Positions 47,897 through 57,677 are shown, numbered from the stretch's first letter. The stretch is 64,000 nucleotides of DNA from Actinomycetales bacterium (GCA_027484085.1 JAIXQF010000004.1:70162-134161); one strand, 5' to 3'. Program-made: numbers and translations. Notes: generated by a model from the letters alone, not told the origin.

Positions 47897-49039
47897 TTAA
47901 TCCAACCCAATAACGGAATCAAAATTGGTCGTTGTGTTTCTAACATTGCAAACCAAGGTGTCACCAACAGCAAGGTTTGAGTCATTACTCCAAAGCATTG
48001 AGACCTGCATGTGCGGCGGCTCAACAAAATCTAGATTCTTACCTTGATAACTAAATGGAGATCTAACTTTTCCGATTGCTTGCGATAGGCCCTCAGCAAT
48101 CGCAACACCTCGTTTGCGCAGTGAGCTTGCGTTAGTAGGCGCTGCCATTGCTACCCCATGAGCTGTGCCACCACTAACAACAACTAGGCGTTTGTGATTG
48201 CCACTATCGATTTGCTGGTAACCAACTGTCTGGCGATGCAGCAATTCATGAATTTGTAGCACTGTCCCGGTTGCTTGTAACGCATCTGGTTCACCTAGCC
48301 ACAACTTAGTTCCAATTCGCACTTCAATGTCTAAATCAAATTTGTAATTCTGCAACATTTTCTTAAGAGATCGAACTTGCTTTTCAGTGATGTGAGAAAT
48401 GCTTACTTGTTTTGGTAATGAATGCTTAGTTGAAAGTTCTTCGTATAAAACAATCCAGTTCCAGAGTTCCGTCATACTCTTAGAAAGATCTGCACCATTG
48501 AAGGCCGCAGAGATTTCTGTCGTCACATCTACTTTTGTTGGTGATTGTGCAATTGGTAAATGAAGCGAAAGACCCAAAACTTTCATGTCACTAAAGTTTT
48601 CTAGCGACTGCATATCAAAGTGCAACATGCCAAAGCGTGAGAGAGATGTCTTTCCTTCAAGATAAATATTCTTGGCACCGGCCGATCTAACTGAAGCCAA
48701 ATCTAAGTTGCTTGCGGTGACAATGATTCGTTCCGCATTGTGTTCTAAGTGTTTGCGCCACTGAACAACTGCCGATTCATCCACCACATTGAAAGGCTCG
48801 AGCACCAAAATCTCGCCGGAAAAATCAGCAAGTGATTGTCCTAATTCCCAAACGGTGCCAATCGCAATTCGGCTACAGCCAAGTCGGGAAGCTTCACCAG
48901 CCAGAATTCCTCGCCCAAAACCGTAGCCATTGCCTTTAATCACCGGCACTAAATCAGCACCAGAGCTCGCATAGCCATTCATGACCGAGACTAAGTGGCT
49001 ACGGAATTTTGCCGCATCAACATGCAATGAAAAGGTCAT
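47897..49039 (-). CDS. Alanine racemase-fold PLP protein (function unclear)
   Basis: N-terminal Alr-like PLP-lysine context VPVIKGNGYGFG and a later VGYQQI...VVVSGGTAHG region. I could not find the usual C-terminal catalytic-Tyr context by eye. Confidence 0.6.
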   Translation of the reverse strand: MTFSLHVDAAKFRSHLVSVMNGYASSGADLVPVIKGNGYGFGRGILAGEASRLGCSRIAIGTVWELGQSLADFSGEILVLEPFNVVDESAVVQWRKHLEHNAERIIVTASNLDLASVRSAGAKNIYLEGKTSLSRFGMLHFDMQSLENFSDMKVLGLSLHLPIAQSPTKVDVTTEISAAFNGADLSKSMTELWNWIVLYEELSTKHSLPKQVSISHITEKQVRSLKKMLQNYKFDLDIEVRIGTKLWLGEPDALQATGTVLQIHELLHRQTVGYQQIDSGNHKRLVVVSGGTAHGVAMAAPTNASSLRKRGVAIAEGLSQAIGKVRSPFSYQGKNLDFVEPPHMQVSMLWSNDSNLAVGDTLVCNVRNTTTNFDSVIGLD

Positions 49040-49042
49040 GAT

Positions 49043-50164
49043 CTATCTCCGCCTCGACATGTAGAAATCGAAGGCCTTGGCCCAGATTGGCGAAAGTACA
49101 TAATCCCATTCACCCACATATTCTTGCGCGTACCCGCCAGTTCCGAGCTTGAATTGGATCAATCCGAATAAATGATTTTTTTGATCCAGGGTGTCTGAAA
49201 TCCCGCGCATGTCATAAACATCCGCACCTTCCCTAAGCGCAGTCTTTAGCATTTCCCATTGCACTGCATTACTAGGGCGCAAGTCTCGGGCGGCTGTAGT
49301 TGAAGCGCCATACGAATACCAAGAATGATTTCCCACCCGAGTCATGGTCGTTGCCGCTATCGCGCCATCGTGATCTGGATGTGAAGCAATGATTAGTGAA
49401 ATTCGCTCAGGTGCTTCGTCGCGCATTGCATTCCACATGGTTTGGAAATAGGCAAGCGAGCGCGGCGTAAAGTGATCGCGCGCGGCAGTTTCTAAATAGC
49501 AAGTGTGAAACATTTCAAGATCGTTAACGGTGCCACTGCGAACGGCTACACCCTCTTTTTCAGCCTTACGAATATTGCGTCGCCATTGCTGATTAAAGCC
49601 TTCAAAAATTTGCTCTTCTGTTTTTCCAGCTAAATCAATTTGAAAAACGTATCTTGGTTGGTAATCACCAAATCCAGAAGCTTCCGCTTCACGTTGCTTC
49701 CAACCAAGTTTTGTTAACTGACTCAATAGTGCAATTCCCGCTTCGTTGACTTCATCGGCAGGTACTTGGCCAATTACTTTGGCTACTTCTTGCGAGATCG
49801 CAGCTTTCAAAGTTTCGGAATGCCAACGACGGACCCACGTATGTGGACCCATCTTTATTTGAAATACCCCGCGCGCTTTTGCAAAAACAACAAGTGCGTC
49901 CAATGCTTGCTCAACGTCTGAGGTTTTTTCCCAGTTTAAATCTGGACCTTCTGGCAAATAGGCAAGATACTTTTCTACTTTTGGAACTTTGCGCAACAAC
50001 ATCAGACCAGCACCAACGAGTTCGTCACAAACAAACCAACCGAGTGACTGTGAGGTCCAACCAGCTTTAGTCTTGCCCCAGGCAGGAGTTTGCAAAAACG
50101 ACACTGATGAGCGACCTGCAATGTATGACAGGTGCTCTTCGGAACTTATTTGGCGAACCTGCAC
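49043..50164 (-). CDS. FemAB-family peptidoglycan interpeptide-bridge aminoacyltransferase
   Basis: 373 aa with FemX-like sequence (FLQTPAWGKTK...W, YSYGAS, RPSNAVQWEMLK, YDMRGI). 3-nt spacer to the downstream Alr-like gene. Confidence 0.8.
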   Translation of the reverse strand: MQVRQISSEEHLSYIAGRSSVSFLQTPAWGKTKAGWTSQSLGWFVCDELVGAGLMLLRKVPKVEKYLAYLPEGPDLNWEKTSDVEQALDALVVFAKARGVFQIKMGPHTWVRRWHSETLKAAISQEVAKVIGQVPADEVNEAGIALLSQLTKLGWKQREAEASGFGDYQPRYVFQIDLAGKTEEQIFEGFNQQWRRNIRKAEKEGVAVRSGTVNDLEMFHTCYLETAARDHFTPRSLAYFQTMWNAMRDEAPERISLIIASHPDHDGAIAATTMTRVGNHSWYSYGASTTAARDLRPSNAVQWEMLKTALREGADVYDMRGISDTLDQKNHLFGLIQFKLGTGGYAQEYVGEWDYVLSPIWAKAFDFYMSRRR

Positions 50165-50226
50165 GTATTCAATCTACCTATGGTTTCGATGTACCTATGG
50201 ATATTGATGACTAAGCAAATTTTGAT

Positions 50227-51006
50227 TTACAGTGACGCTCGCAGTAAATCTAAATCGGCTGCGACACCTTCAAACGGAGTTTCTAAAACAATTGGAGCTT
50301 TTGCGGTTTTCAAGCAATTAACTATGTTGTCCATGCCGATTGAGCCCTCGCCGAGATTTGCGTGGCGATCTGTACCTGAATCAAACGAACCCTGGCTGTC
50401 GTTGCAATGAACCAAGTCAATGCGACCAGTGATCCCAAGAATTGTGTCTGCCAGCGCACCCATATCGATACCGCCGGCATGAGCATGGCAAGTGTCTAAG
50501 CAAAATCCAACGCCAGAATCCCCAACTGCACCCCAAAGTGCCTTGATGGATTCAAGTCTGCGGGCCATGGAGTTCTTGCCACCAGCAGTGTTTTCAATAA
50601 GAACTGGAACCTTCATATCTAATTGGGCCAAGGCTTTAACCCAGTTATCAATTCCAGCTTGGGGATCATCCCCATCAGTTACATGACCACCGTGAACAAT
50701 TACGGCCTTGGCACCAATCGCTGCAGCAGCGTCGACATCAACCTGAAGTAGTTTGCGACTTGGAATGCGCACCTTGTTATTGGTGGTCGCCACGTTAATG
50801 ATGTACCGGGCGTGAACATATATGCCGATATTTGCCGCTTCGGAACTGGCTTTTAGCCCAGCAGCACCCTCAGCATGCGGGAAAATCGAGCCTTTCCACC
50901 CCTGCGGGTCAGCCAGAAAGATCTGTATGTGGTCCAAGCCCAACTCTTTGGCTTTGGCGATGGGATCATCGCCCCCAACATGTGACCCAATTGCGAGATT
51001 TCCCAT
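50227..51006 (-). CDS. nfo: Deoxyribonuclease IV (endonuclease IV, AP endonuclease family 2)
   Basis: TIM-barrel AP endonuclease motifs (HARYIINVA, IVHGGH, LIENTAG, CLDTCHAHAGG, VHCNDS). Confidence 0.85.
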   Translation of the reverse strand: MGNLAIGSHVGGDDPIAKAKELGLDHIQIFLADPQGWKGSIFPHAEGAAGLKASSEAANIGIYVHARYIINVATTNNKVRIPSRKLLQVDVDAAAAIGAKAVIVHGGHVTDGDDPQAGIDNWVKALAQLDMKVPVLIENTAGGKNSMARRLESIKALWGAVGDSGVGFCLDTCHAHAGGIDMGALADTILGITGRIDLVHCNDSQGSFDSGTDRHANLGEGSIGMDNIVNCLKTAKAPIVLETPFEGVAADLDLLRASL

Positions 51007-51136
51007 GAATTAAGGGTACTTGGCTTGGTTAACCCAGCCTTTTCCGCCTGTTGAATATGGAACTCACGGCTTTAATCCGCCCTGTGCACAAGGTTTTTTG
51101 GGCTTATAAAAATGCCCTAGACTAAAGGTTCTTGAT

Positions 51137-51180
51137 CCCTCCTGCCACGGAAAGACCGTGGCCAATTAGTCCATAGGAGG
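51137..51180 (+). promoter_or_regulatory. rpsF 5' leader hairpin with an anti-SD arm
   Basis: CCCTCCT (51137-43) is complementary to the SD AGGAGG (51175-80). It encloses the perfect hairpin GCCACGG-aaaga-CCGTGGC (51144-51162). Confidence 0.4.
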
Positions 51181-51191
51181 TGGGTATCAGT

Positions 51192-51482
51192 ATGCGTCAC
51201 TACGAAGTTGTAGTAATTCTCGATCCCGAGCTCGAAGAGCGAACCGTTGCTCCGTCACTTGATGCGTTTCTAAACGTAATCAAAACTGATGGCGGCACAG
51301 TTGGCAAAGTCGATATCTGGGGTCGTCGCCGTTTGGCACACGAAATCAACAAAAAGGGTGAAGGTATCTACGCCCTACTAGACATCAACTGCTCACCAGC
51401 AGCCGTCGCTGAACTAGATCGTCAGTTGGGACTTAATGAATCAGTGCTTCGCACTAAAGTCATGCGTCTCGACGCGAAGTAG
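51192..51482 (+). CDS. rpsF: 30S ribosomal protein S6
   Basis: [16 protein letters not shown]... I chose the ATG at 51192. The ORF-track GTG at 51180 falls inside the SD. Confidence 0.95.
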   Translation: MRHYEVVVILDPELEERTVAPSLDAFLNVIKTDGGTVGKVDIWGRRRLAHEINKKGEGIYALLDINCSPAAVAELDRQLGLNESVLRTKVMRLDAK

Positions 51483-51491
51483 AGGTTAGTC

Positions 51492-51953
51492 ATGGCACAA
51501 GGAGACGTAGTAGTAACAGTTATTGGAAACCTAACCGGTGACCCAGAACTGCGCTTTACTCCAAATGGCCAGGCAGTCGCATCATTCACAGTTGCTTCAA
51601 CAACTCGAATGCTCGACAAAGCGACCAATGAATGGAAAGACGGAGACACTCTGTTTTTACGTTGCAGCGTTTGGCGTCAGTACGCCGAGAACGTCGCAGA
51701 ATCCTTAACTAAGGGAACTCGCGTTCTAGTTACTGGCCGCTTGAAGCAGCGTTCATATGAAACTAAGGAAGGCGAAAAGCGCACCGTAGTTGAAATGGAT
51801 GTCGATGACGTCGGTCCAGCTCTGCGCAATGCCACTGCAAAAGTTAGTCGCGTCGCACGCACTGACAGCGGTTACACCGGCGGCGGCTCAGCCGGTCCAT
51901 CCGAAGATCCTTGGGCCGCACCTGCATCCGCAGGAGACGAACCTCCGTTCTAA
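51492..51953 (+). CDS. ssb: Single-stranded DNA-binding protein
   Basis: OB fold ([20 protein letters not shown]) and the acidic C-terminal tip DEPPF. Confidence 0.95.
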   Translation: MAQGDVVVTVIGNLTGDPELRFTPNGQAVASFTVASTTRMLDKATNEWKDGDTLFLRCSVWRQYAENVAESLTKGTRVLVTGRLKQRSYETKEGEKRTVVEMDVDDVGPALRNATAKVSRVARTDSGYTGGGSAGPSEDPWAAPASAGDEPPF

Positions 51954-52028
51954 CGAACGATCCCATCCAACTCAACATTTGTTGAACAACCATTCCGGGT
52001 AGAACCGGGCTTCCAGAGGAGCACCACA

Positions 52029-52265
52029 ATGGCTAAGCCACCAATTAAGAAATTCAAGCCGAAGGTTTGTGCATTCTGCGGTAAAAATGCTGCAGCAATT
52101 GACTACAAAGACATTCCAACTTTGCGTAAATTCATTTCCGATCGCGGCAAGATTCGCGCCCGCCGAATTACAGGTAACTGCACTCAGCACCAGCGCGATA
52201 TCGCAAACGCAGTAAAGAATGCACGCGAAATCGCATTACTTCCATACACATCAACAGCACGATAA
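52029..52265 (+). CDS. rpsR: 30S ribosomal protein S18
   Basis: Typical S18 sequence [26 protein letters not shown]. Confidence 0.95.
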   Translation: MAKPPIKKFKPKVCAFCGKNAAAIDYKDIPTLRKFISDRGKIRARRITGNCTQHQRDIANAVKNAREIALLPYTSTAR

Positions 52266-52278
52266 GGAGAGATGACTT

Positions 52279-52722
52279 ATGAAACTTATTTTGACTCAAG
52301 AAGTCACTGGCCTTGGTAGTGCAGGAGATGTTGTAGACGTTAAGCCAGGATTTGGCCGTAACTTCCTAGTTCCACAGGGTCTTGCAACTGCATGGACTCG
52401 TGGTGGCGAAAAGCAGGTTACCCAAATCAAGCGCGCACGCAACAAGCGTTCAGTTCGCGACCTTGATCACGCACTTGAAATCAAAGCAGCACTTGAAGCG
52501 GCTCCAATTGTGATTTCAGCACGTGCTGGAAGTGAAGGACGTCTATTTGGCTCCGTCACTGTTGGGGACATTGCGTCAGCAATTCGCGTTGTAGACGTTG
52601 ATAAGCGCAAGATTGTTCTTGCCGCACCAATCAAGATAGCTGGCCGTCACGAAATCACAGTTCGCCTACATGCAGATGTATTGGCAACTGTTGTTCTTGA
52701 TGTTCGAGGCAGCAAGAAGTAG
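52279..52722 (+). CDS. rplI: 50S ribosomal protein L9
   Basis: [34 protein letters not shown]. Confidence 0.95.
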   Translation: MKLILTQEVTGLGSAGDVVDVKPGFGRNFLVPQGLATAWTRGGEKQVTQIKRARNKRSVRDLDHALEIKAALEAAPIVISARAGSEGRLFGSVTVGDIASAIRVVDVDKRKIVLAAPIKIAGRHEITVRLHADVLATVVLDVRGSKK

Positions 52723-52734
52723 TAAACCTTAAAT

Positions 52735-52766
52735 AAAAAAGCCCACGAGAGATCGTGGGCTTTTTT
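52735..52766 (+). terminator. Intrinsic terminator of the rpsF-rplI operon
   Basis: A-tract, then the stem GCCCACG (52741-47), loop agagat, stem CGTGGGC (52754-60), then TTTTTT (52761-66). Confidence 0.85.
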
Positions 52767-52824
52767 ATTTGTATCAAAAGGTTTTGTATTGGCTGGATAT
52801 CTAAAGTTGTGCGAGAATCAAGAC

Positions 52825-53343
52825 ATGACTTCAACAATGACTTTGCACACAAACCACGGCGATATCAACATCAACATCTTTGATAATCACGCTCCGAAGA
52901 CTGTAAAAAACATTCTTGGCCTAGCTGACGGCTCAGTTGAATGGACGCATCCAGCAACTGGTGCAAAATCCAACACCCCACTTTATGACGGAACGATTTT
53001 TCACCGCATTATTCCTGGCTTCATGATTCAAGCCGGTGACCCACTTGGCCAAGGTACAGGTGGCCCAGGCTTCAAGTTCGAAGACGAACCACACCCAGAA
53101 TTAGTTTTCGATCGCCCTTACCTACTCGCGATGGCCAATGCCGGACCAAATACAAATGGATCACAATTCTTCATCACCGTTGCACCAACAACATGGTTGA
53201 ACTTCAAGCACACCATCTTTGGTGAAGTGGCAGATCAAGCGGGCCGTGATGTTGTAGATGCGATTGCGAATGTGCCAACTGGACAAATGGATCGTCCACT
53301 TTCTGATGTTGTAATCGAAAGCGTTACCGTCTCTCGAGGTTAA
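52825..53343 (+). CDS. ppiA: Cyclophilin-type peptidyl-prolyl cis-trans isomerase
   Basis: FHRIIPGFMIQAGDP and GSQFFIT. I chose the ATG at 52825 because the ORF-track extension overlaps the terminator region. Confidence 0.92.
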   Translation: MTSTMTLHTNHGDININIFDNHAPKTVKNILGLADGSVEWTHPATGAKSNTPLYDGTIFHRIIPGFMIQAGDPLGQGTGGPGFKFEDEPHPELVFDRPYLLAMANAGPNTNGSQFFITVAPTTWLNFKHTIFGEVADQAGRDVVDAIANVPTGQMDRPLSDVVIESVTVSRG

Positions 53344-53345
53344 GT

Positions 53346-54155
53346 GTGAACAACACCTGCTTTCGACATACAGACAGCGAGGCGTATGTATCTTGCGGTC
53401 GATGTGATCGCAAGATCTGTCCAGACTGCATGATCAGCGCACCTGTGGGATTTCAATGCCCAGAGTGCGTTGCCGCTGCAAATGTTGCTTTACCCAAAAC
53501 CCAATTCGGAGGATCATTCAACGCGGTTCCAAAAGTCACGCGAGCAATACTGGTTATTTGCGTAGGCGTTTTCGCATCATCGCTATTAGTAGGAAGCTTT
53601 ACTTTCACTTATGGAATGATTCCAGCTGCAATTGCACAAGGTGAGTGGTGGCGCCTTCTCACCTCAACTGTTTTGCACGGCGGAATTCTTCATCTGCTGT
53701 TTAACATGTATGCGCTGTATTGGTTAGGCCCACAGCTCGAGAGATCTCTAGGAAATGCGCGCTTTGCTGCGCTCTATGTTTTATCAGCTCTTGGAGGATC
53801 TATTGCCTCGTATTGGTTCTCCGATTTAAACACCGTTTCCGTTGGTGCGAGCGGGGCAATTTTTGGATTGATCACAGCAACCATTGTGATTGGCCGCGAG
53901 ATGCGAAACGATGTTTCCCAACTAGTTGTGCTTTTAGGAATTAACGTTGTGATCGGATTCCTGCAGGTTGGAATTGATTGGCGTGCCCACTTTGGTGGCG
54001 CGGCGATCGGTGCTGCTGTCGCCTATCTCTACACCAAAGGCACCAGGCTCAATCGCGATCAGATTCACCGAATTGGCCTATCTGGAATTTCTGCCTTATT
54101 GGTCGTGGCAACGCTGGCAAGAAACTCCCAAGTCTCCGCCTTGCTTGGCATTTAG
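53346..54155 (+). CDS. Rhomboid-family intramembrane serine protease with an N-terminal zinc ribbon
   Basis: N-terminal CxxC...CxxC...CxxC cysteine pairs, the WR motif (EWWRLLTS), catalytic Ser context GASGAIFG and a His in AHFGGAA. Confidence 0.85.
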   Translation: MNNTCFRHTDSEAYVSCGRCDRKICPDCMISAPVGFQCPECVAAANVALPKTQFGGSFNAVPKVTRAILVICVGVFASSLLVGSFTFTYGMIPAAIAQGEWWRLLTSTVLHGGILHLLFNMYALYWLGPQLERSLGNARFAALYVLSALGGSIASYWFSDLNTVSVGASGAIFGLITATIVIGREMRNDVSQLVVLLGINVVIGFLQVGIDWRAHFGGAAIGAAVAYLYTKGTRLNRDQIHRIGLSGISALLVVATLARNSQVSALLGI

Positions 54156-54244
54156 ACTCAAGACCGCCACTGGCTAGTCCAAAGCCAGCTGCGTCAAGGC
54201 ATTAAGAATGCCTTGCACATGAAAAATACAGGTAAGGTTTAATC

Positions 54245-54511
54245 ATGCCTAAGTCAAAGTCACGTAAGTCTAAGGAACCCGCCTACACGCCACCACCGGC
54301 AAAGGCGCCTGAGTCATTCAAGATCGGTAATCCAGTTTGGCTAGCGCCAGCCATGGTAACGATGTTTGTATTGGGACTGCTGTGGATAGTGGTGTTCTAC
54401 TTAGTCGGAAGTCGCGTCCCACTTATGTCCGATTTAGGCAATTTAACCAACGTTTTGATCGGTTTTGCCTTTATTGGCATTGGGTTTGCCTTCGCAACTC
54501 GCTGGAAGTAA
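54245..54511 (+). CDS. crgA: Cell division protein CrgA
   Basis: MPKSKSRKSKE... followed by two TM segments and the C-terminal RWK. Typical actinobacterial CrgA. Confidence 0.88.
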   Translation: MPKSKSRKSKEPAYTPPPAKAPESFKIGNPVWLAPAMVTMFVLGLLWIVVFYLVGSRVPLMSDLGNLTNVLIGFAFIGIGFAFATRWK

Positions 54512-54538
54512 ATGACATGGGTGTAATTCCTCCCCAGC

Positions 54539-54559
54539 GGTGGATAACCCTGTGGATAA
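54539..54559. promoter_or_regulatory. Tandem DnaA boxes abutting the DUF881 start codon
   Basis: GGTGGATAA (54539-47, one mismatch) and TGTGGATAA (54551-59, perfect complement of TTATCCACA) are co-oriented. The second box ends 4 nt before the ATG at 54564. Confidence 0.45.
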
Positions 54560-54563
54560 CTAA

Positions 54564-55262
54564 ATGAGCAATCTGTCCAAGCGAACCAAAACCATTTTGG
54601 TGACCGGCTCAGCCGGCCTGGCAGGATTCCTATTCGTAGCCAGCGGGATCACTGCTGATGGCACCAATTTACGCACTGGAGGCTTAGAAGATTTGCGCAG
54701 CTTGGTTTTAGACCGAGCAAACAAAGTTGGAATTTTGCAATCCGAAGTGGACGCATTAGCAACTGAAGTTAATGAACTATCGATTAAAAAAGTTGATCCA
54801 GCCCTGAGTTCACAAATCAGCCAACTTGAACAAGCAACCGGACTAACTCCAGTTGCCGGATCAGCGCTTCGAATTTCATTAGACGATGCTCCACGGGAAC
54901 CTGGCTCACCACTTCCAGAGGGAGTCGGACCGGATGATTTAGTTGTACATCAACAAGATGTCCAGGCAGTTGTAAATGCAATGTGGCGCGGAGGCGCGAC
55001 TGCGGTTCAAGTTATGGATCAACGCATCATTAGTACGACCGCGATTCGATGTGTTGGTAACACTTTGCTTTTACAAGGCCAGGTGTATTCGCCACCGTTT
55101 GTTGTGACAGCAATTGGTAACACATCTGACTTGCAACAAGCACTTAAGGAAGAACCTGGTGTTTTGCTTTATCGAGAATATGTTGATCGATTAAATCTTG
55201 GTTGGGATGTTTCAATCTTGAATCAAACTACGATTCCAGCTTGGCAAGGTTCAATCGAATAA
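54564..55262 (+). CDS. DUF881 membrane protein (Rv0012-like)
   Basis: N-terminal TM segment, a coiled-coil segment (ILQSEVDALATEVNELS) and a DUF881-like C-terminal domain. Confidence 0.75.
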   Translation: MSNLSKRTKTILVTGSAGLAGFLFVASGITADGTNLRTGGLEDLRSLVLDRANKVGILQSEVDALATEVNELSIKKVDPALSSQISQLEQATGLTPVAGSALRISLDDAPREPGSPLPEGVGPDDLVVHQQDVQAVVNAMWRGGATAVQVMDQRIISTTAIRCVGNTLLLQGQVYSPPFVVTAIGNTSDLQQALKEEPGVLLYREYVDRLNLGWDVSILNQTTIPAWQGSIE

Positions 55263-55288
55263 AGATATCTAGCGAGTAGTTTTACGTA

Positions 55289-55909
55289 CTAGCTCGGTAT
55301 AACTGGCTGCAATCCTTGCGCTAAGTTTCGAGCGTCTAGGTCTCCGCAGCGAACTAACCATTCAGCTAACATTTTGTGTCCGCCTTCAGTCAAGACGGAC
55401 TCGGGATGAAATTGCACACCTTCGATATCAAACTCACGATGTCTAAGTGACATGATCACGCCATCTTCTGTTTCGCTCGTCACTTCTAACTCGGCAGGGA
55501 CAGTATCGCGCTCTACAGCAAGCGAGTGGTATCGCGTTGCAGTAAATGGCGATGGGAGATCTGCAAGTACTCCTTGCTTGTGATGAAACACTTGGGAAGT
55601 TTTGCCATGCAGTAATTCCGGTGCGCGAGAAACGGTAGCTCCGAAAGCCTCAGCAATTGCTTGGTGACCTAGACAAACCCCAAAGATCGGAACTTGTCCA
55701 CCTAATTGCTTGACGATATCGATGCAGACACCTGCATCAGCCGGAGTGCCCGGACCAGGTGAAAGCAACACACCATCGTATTCACGAGCTTGTTCAACTG
55801 TGACTTCATCATTTCGTAGCACATCAACTTTTGCACCAAGCTGCGCTAAGTATTGAACAATGTTGAATACGAAACTGTCATAGTTGTCGATTACCAGTAT
55901 TCGAGTCAC
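55289..55909 (-). CDS. trpG: Glutamine amidotransferase, anthranilate/aminodeoxychorismate synthase component II
   Basis: ILVIDNYDSFVFN, catalytic Cys in GVCLGHQ, and FHPES. I chose the GTG at 55909 because the ORF-track start at 55990 would overlap pknB by 62 nt. Confidence 0.85.
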   Translation of the reverse strand: MTRILVIDNYDSFVFNIVQYLAQLGAKVDVLRNDEVTVEQAREYDGVLLSPGPGTPADAGVCIDIVKQLGGQVPIFGVCLGHQAIAEAFGATVSRAPELLHGKTSQVFHHKQGVLADLPSPFTATRYHSLAVERDTVPAELEVTSETEDGVIMSLRHREFDIEGVQFHPESVLTEGGHKMLAEWLVRCGDLDARNLAQGLQPVIPS

Positions 55910-55928
55910 AAGAATATTTCCAATTAAC

Positions 55929-57677
55929 TTATGGCGTGGAAGATGGAGATGCTGATGGGCAAACTCCACTTGCTGGTACCGGAGAACCATTCGGACACAA
56001 AACTGATACTGGGGCTGACGCCACAGTCAGAGTGATGATCGAACCCTTGAGCGCAAACGTGTCTGGCTCTGGAGTCTGCGAGATAACCGTGCCTGGGCTC
56101 AAGAATGCGTCAGCCTGCTTTACGATGTCCACGATAAATCCAGCATTTACCAAGGCATTCTTGGCCTGGGTTTGATTCATGCCAATAACATCTGGAATAA
56201 AGATTTTGCCATTGGAAACCGTGATGCTGATCAAAGTTCCGACATCAACCACGGTATTTGGAAGCGGATCCTGCTCTAGAACCGTGCCCTCTGGTGCATC
56301 ACTATCGATAGGTGTTACCCGCCCAAGCAAGAGTTTTGCTTGGGTTAGCGCCAAACGCGCATCGTCAACTGTCGGAAGAATAGTGAGGTCTGGAACGGGA
56401 ACTTGATCCTTACCTGCAGAAACAATTAAGTTGACCGCTTGCCCAGCTTCGATTAATTCACCGGGAGCCGGATCCTGACCGATGATTGTGCCTTTAGGAA
56501 CATTGTCATCAGCCTGTGGTGTTTCGGTTCCAACCTTTAGTCCAACCTCAGCTAGTGCTAACGCGGCTTCGTCTACGGTTTTAGATTTCAAGTTTGGTGT
56601 TGTCACAAGATCTTGGCCCGAAGGAAGAAATTGATTTCCAAGAAATAGCAATAATGCCGCCGACACGACAGTTGCAATTCCAACGGTCATCCACTTTTTC
56701 TTTGTGTCTTGCTTCTTTTCAGCCACCAATGTTGTGGTTGCGGGAGCTTGGTTGGTAATCGGTAAAACCGTTGTGGCACTTGAATCAGCGGCTACCGCAG
56801 AAGCATTTGGTCGAGTAGCAATCGGCAAACCTGCCATTGCCCTTTCGATATCAACTCGCATTTCTGCGGCAGTTTGATATCTGTTGGCAGGTGCCTTAGT
56901 TAATGCTGTCATGACAATTGAATCAAGAGCTGCTGGGATTGAAGGATCAACTGATGATGGAAGCTTTGGAACTTCATTCACATGTTGGTAAGCAATTGAA
57001 ACTGGTGACTCACCGTTGAATGGTGGATTGCTTGTGAGAAGTTCATAAAGCACACAGCCGGTTGAGTAGATATCACTACGGGCGTCTACTGATTCGCCGC
57101 GCGCTTGCTCTGGTGAAAGATACTGCGCAGTTCCCATAACCGCACTGGTGGCAGTGACAGCAGTAGCTGCATCACTCATGGCACGAGCAATACCGAAGTC
57201 CATAACTTTTGCATCACCATGGGAATTAATCATGATGTTTGCAGGCTTAATGTCGCGGTGCACAATTCCGTGACGGTGAGCGTAATCAAGAGCTGCAAGT
57301 ACACCAGCAACAACTTCGAGTGCACGCTCGGGCAAAATTCTTGGCCCATTGTTTAACATGTGGCGAAGGGTTACGCCATCTACGTACTCCATAACAATGT
57401 AAGGAATGCTTACTTGCGTAGCGCCTTCACCGATTAAGTCTTCTCCGGTGTCATAGATCGCAACGATGTTTGGATGATTAAGACCTGCTGCTGACTGCGC
57501 CTCACGACGGAATCTTTCTTGGAACATTGGATCGCGCGCCAAATCGGGACGCAAGACCTTGATAGCAACCCGACGATTCAAACGACGATCGGTACCTTCA
57601 TAAACTTCAGCCATGCCGCCGCGGCCAATTACTTGTCCGACGTCATATCGATCACCAAGATGGGTGAAGGCAGTCAC
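55929..57677 (-). CDS. pknB: Ser/Thr protein kinase PknB with three PASTA repeats
   Basis: GRGGMAEV, VAIKVL, HRDIKPAN and DFG, then a TM segment, three PASTA-like repeats and a short Cys-containing tail. GTG start preceded by GAGGAG. Confidence 0.93.
   Translation of the reverse strand: MTAFTHLGDRYDVGQVIGRGGMAEVYEGTDRRLNRRVAIKVLRPDLARDPMFQERFRREAQSAAGLNHPNIVAIYDTGEDLIGEGATQVSIPYIVMEYVDGVTLRHMLNNGPRILPERALEVVAGVLAALDYAHRHGIVHRDIKPANIMINSHGDAKVMDFGIARAMSDAATAVTATSAVMGTAQYLSPEQARGESVDARSDIYSTGCVLYELLTSNPPFNGESPVSIAYQHVNEVPKLPSSVDPSIPAALDSIVMTALTKAPANRYQTAAEMRVDIERAMAGLPIATRPNASAVAADSSATTVLPITNQAPATTTLVAEKKQDTKKKWMTVGIATVVSAALLLFLGNQFLPSGQDLVTTPNLKSKTVDEAALALAEVGLKVGTETPQADDNVPKGTIIGQDPAPGELIEAGQAVNLIVSAGKDQVPVPDLTILPTVDDARLALTQAKLLLGRVTPIDSDAPEGTVLEQDPLPNTVVDVGTLISITVSNGKIFIPDVIGMNQTQAKNALVNAGFIVDIVKQADAFLSPGTVISQTPEPDTFALKGSIITLTVASAPVSVLCPNGSPVPASGVCPSASPSSTP

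Noticed and set aside
54156-54244. Two hairpins after the rhomboid gene: CTGGCT...AGCCAG and CAAGGCATT-aag-AATGCCTTG.
   Set aside because: The stems are real, but no U tract follows and the function is ambiguous (weak terminator or crgA leader). There is not enough evidence to annotate them as a feature.
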